A DNA stretch of 64,000 bases, from assembly GCA_963797095.1 (NCBI GenBank), contig CAWCNY010000003.1, positions 1,083,722 to 1,147,721 on the forward strand, written 5' to 3'. The position numbers were made by a program, and so were the translations under genes. This stretch comes from an uncultured Chloroflexia bacterium. GTDB lineage: Bacteria; Chloroflexota; Chloroflexia; QHBQ01; JADMIH01. Numbering within the stretch: the first letter of the stretch is position 1; each line of letters opens with the position of its first letter. This document shows, piece after piece, positions 63,755 through 64,000 of the stretch. The notes below the pieces were generated by a model. That model was given only the letters and a program-made list of their open reading frames with translations. It searched no databases and had not been told where the DNA came from.

Positions 63755-64000
63755 TGGCGGGAGCGCACCACAAGAGGCGACCGCCGCTGTTCGCGCTGAT
63801 GGTGATAGCGTTCGTCACTGTGATCGTGCTGGGGGCATGCGGGGTGTTCACGGTGTTCGCTCTGTCGGTGCGGGTTTCGGGGGAGAATTTTGGCCCTCCC
63901 TGGATAGCCGGGCAGGCAAGCGCTACCCCAATTGTGGCGGGCCCGCCACCGATCCCACCATCGCTGCCGAATAGTGAGGGAGAGCGCACGTTTGACTGGC
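63754..64000 (+). CDS. Probable cognate sensor kinase, N-terminal part only
   Basis: GTG overlaps the regulator stop; open to the window end; first TM helix present; kinase domains are outside the window. Confidence 0.55.
   Translation, partial: MAGAHHKRRPPLFALMVIAFVTVIVLGACGVFTVFALSVRVSGENFGPPWIAGQASATPIVAGPPPIPPSLPNSEGERTFDW

Overview
GC-rich bacterial chromosomal window, most likely from a Chloroflexota (Chloroflexia-like) genome; this is inferred from Cys-loop SLH-like repeats, FPETG-type repeats and heptamer repeats. From left to right: (1) a K+ homeostasis locus with kdpFABC, a frameshifted kdpD-like kinase, kdpE, a KimA-like APC transporter and two paralogous stand-alone receiver genes, each behind KdpE-type boxes. 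(2) An accessory region with a GH44 lipoprotein, an intact IS66, an apparently inactive S41 lipoprotein with a PDZ-type kinase and NarL regulator, recombinase debris, a ParE/RHH toxin-antitoxin pair, and a STAND-LuxR regulator with a candidate three-promoter regulon that includes secreted beta-propeller genes. (3) The strongest candidate for an undescribed system: a fluoride-riboswitch-controlled operon of two truncated MutS-family ATPases, a dynamin-like GTPase fused to a duplicated Cys/His module, and an MFS transporter. (4) An IS1182 and an internally deleted TnsA-type transposon. (5) More ordinary genes: treS-maltokinase, GNAT, CoxM-like, cyclase, a diguanylate cyclase, murG-like and an OmpR-family pair. 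All calls come from reading motifs by eye; no database search was run.
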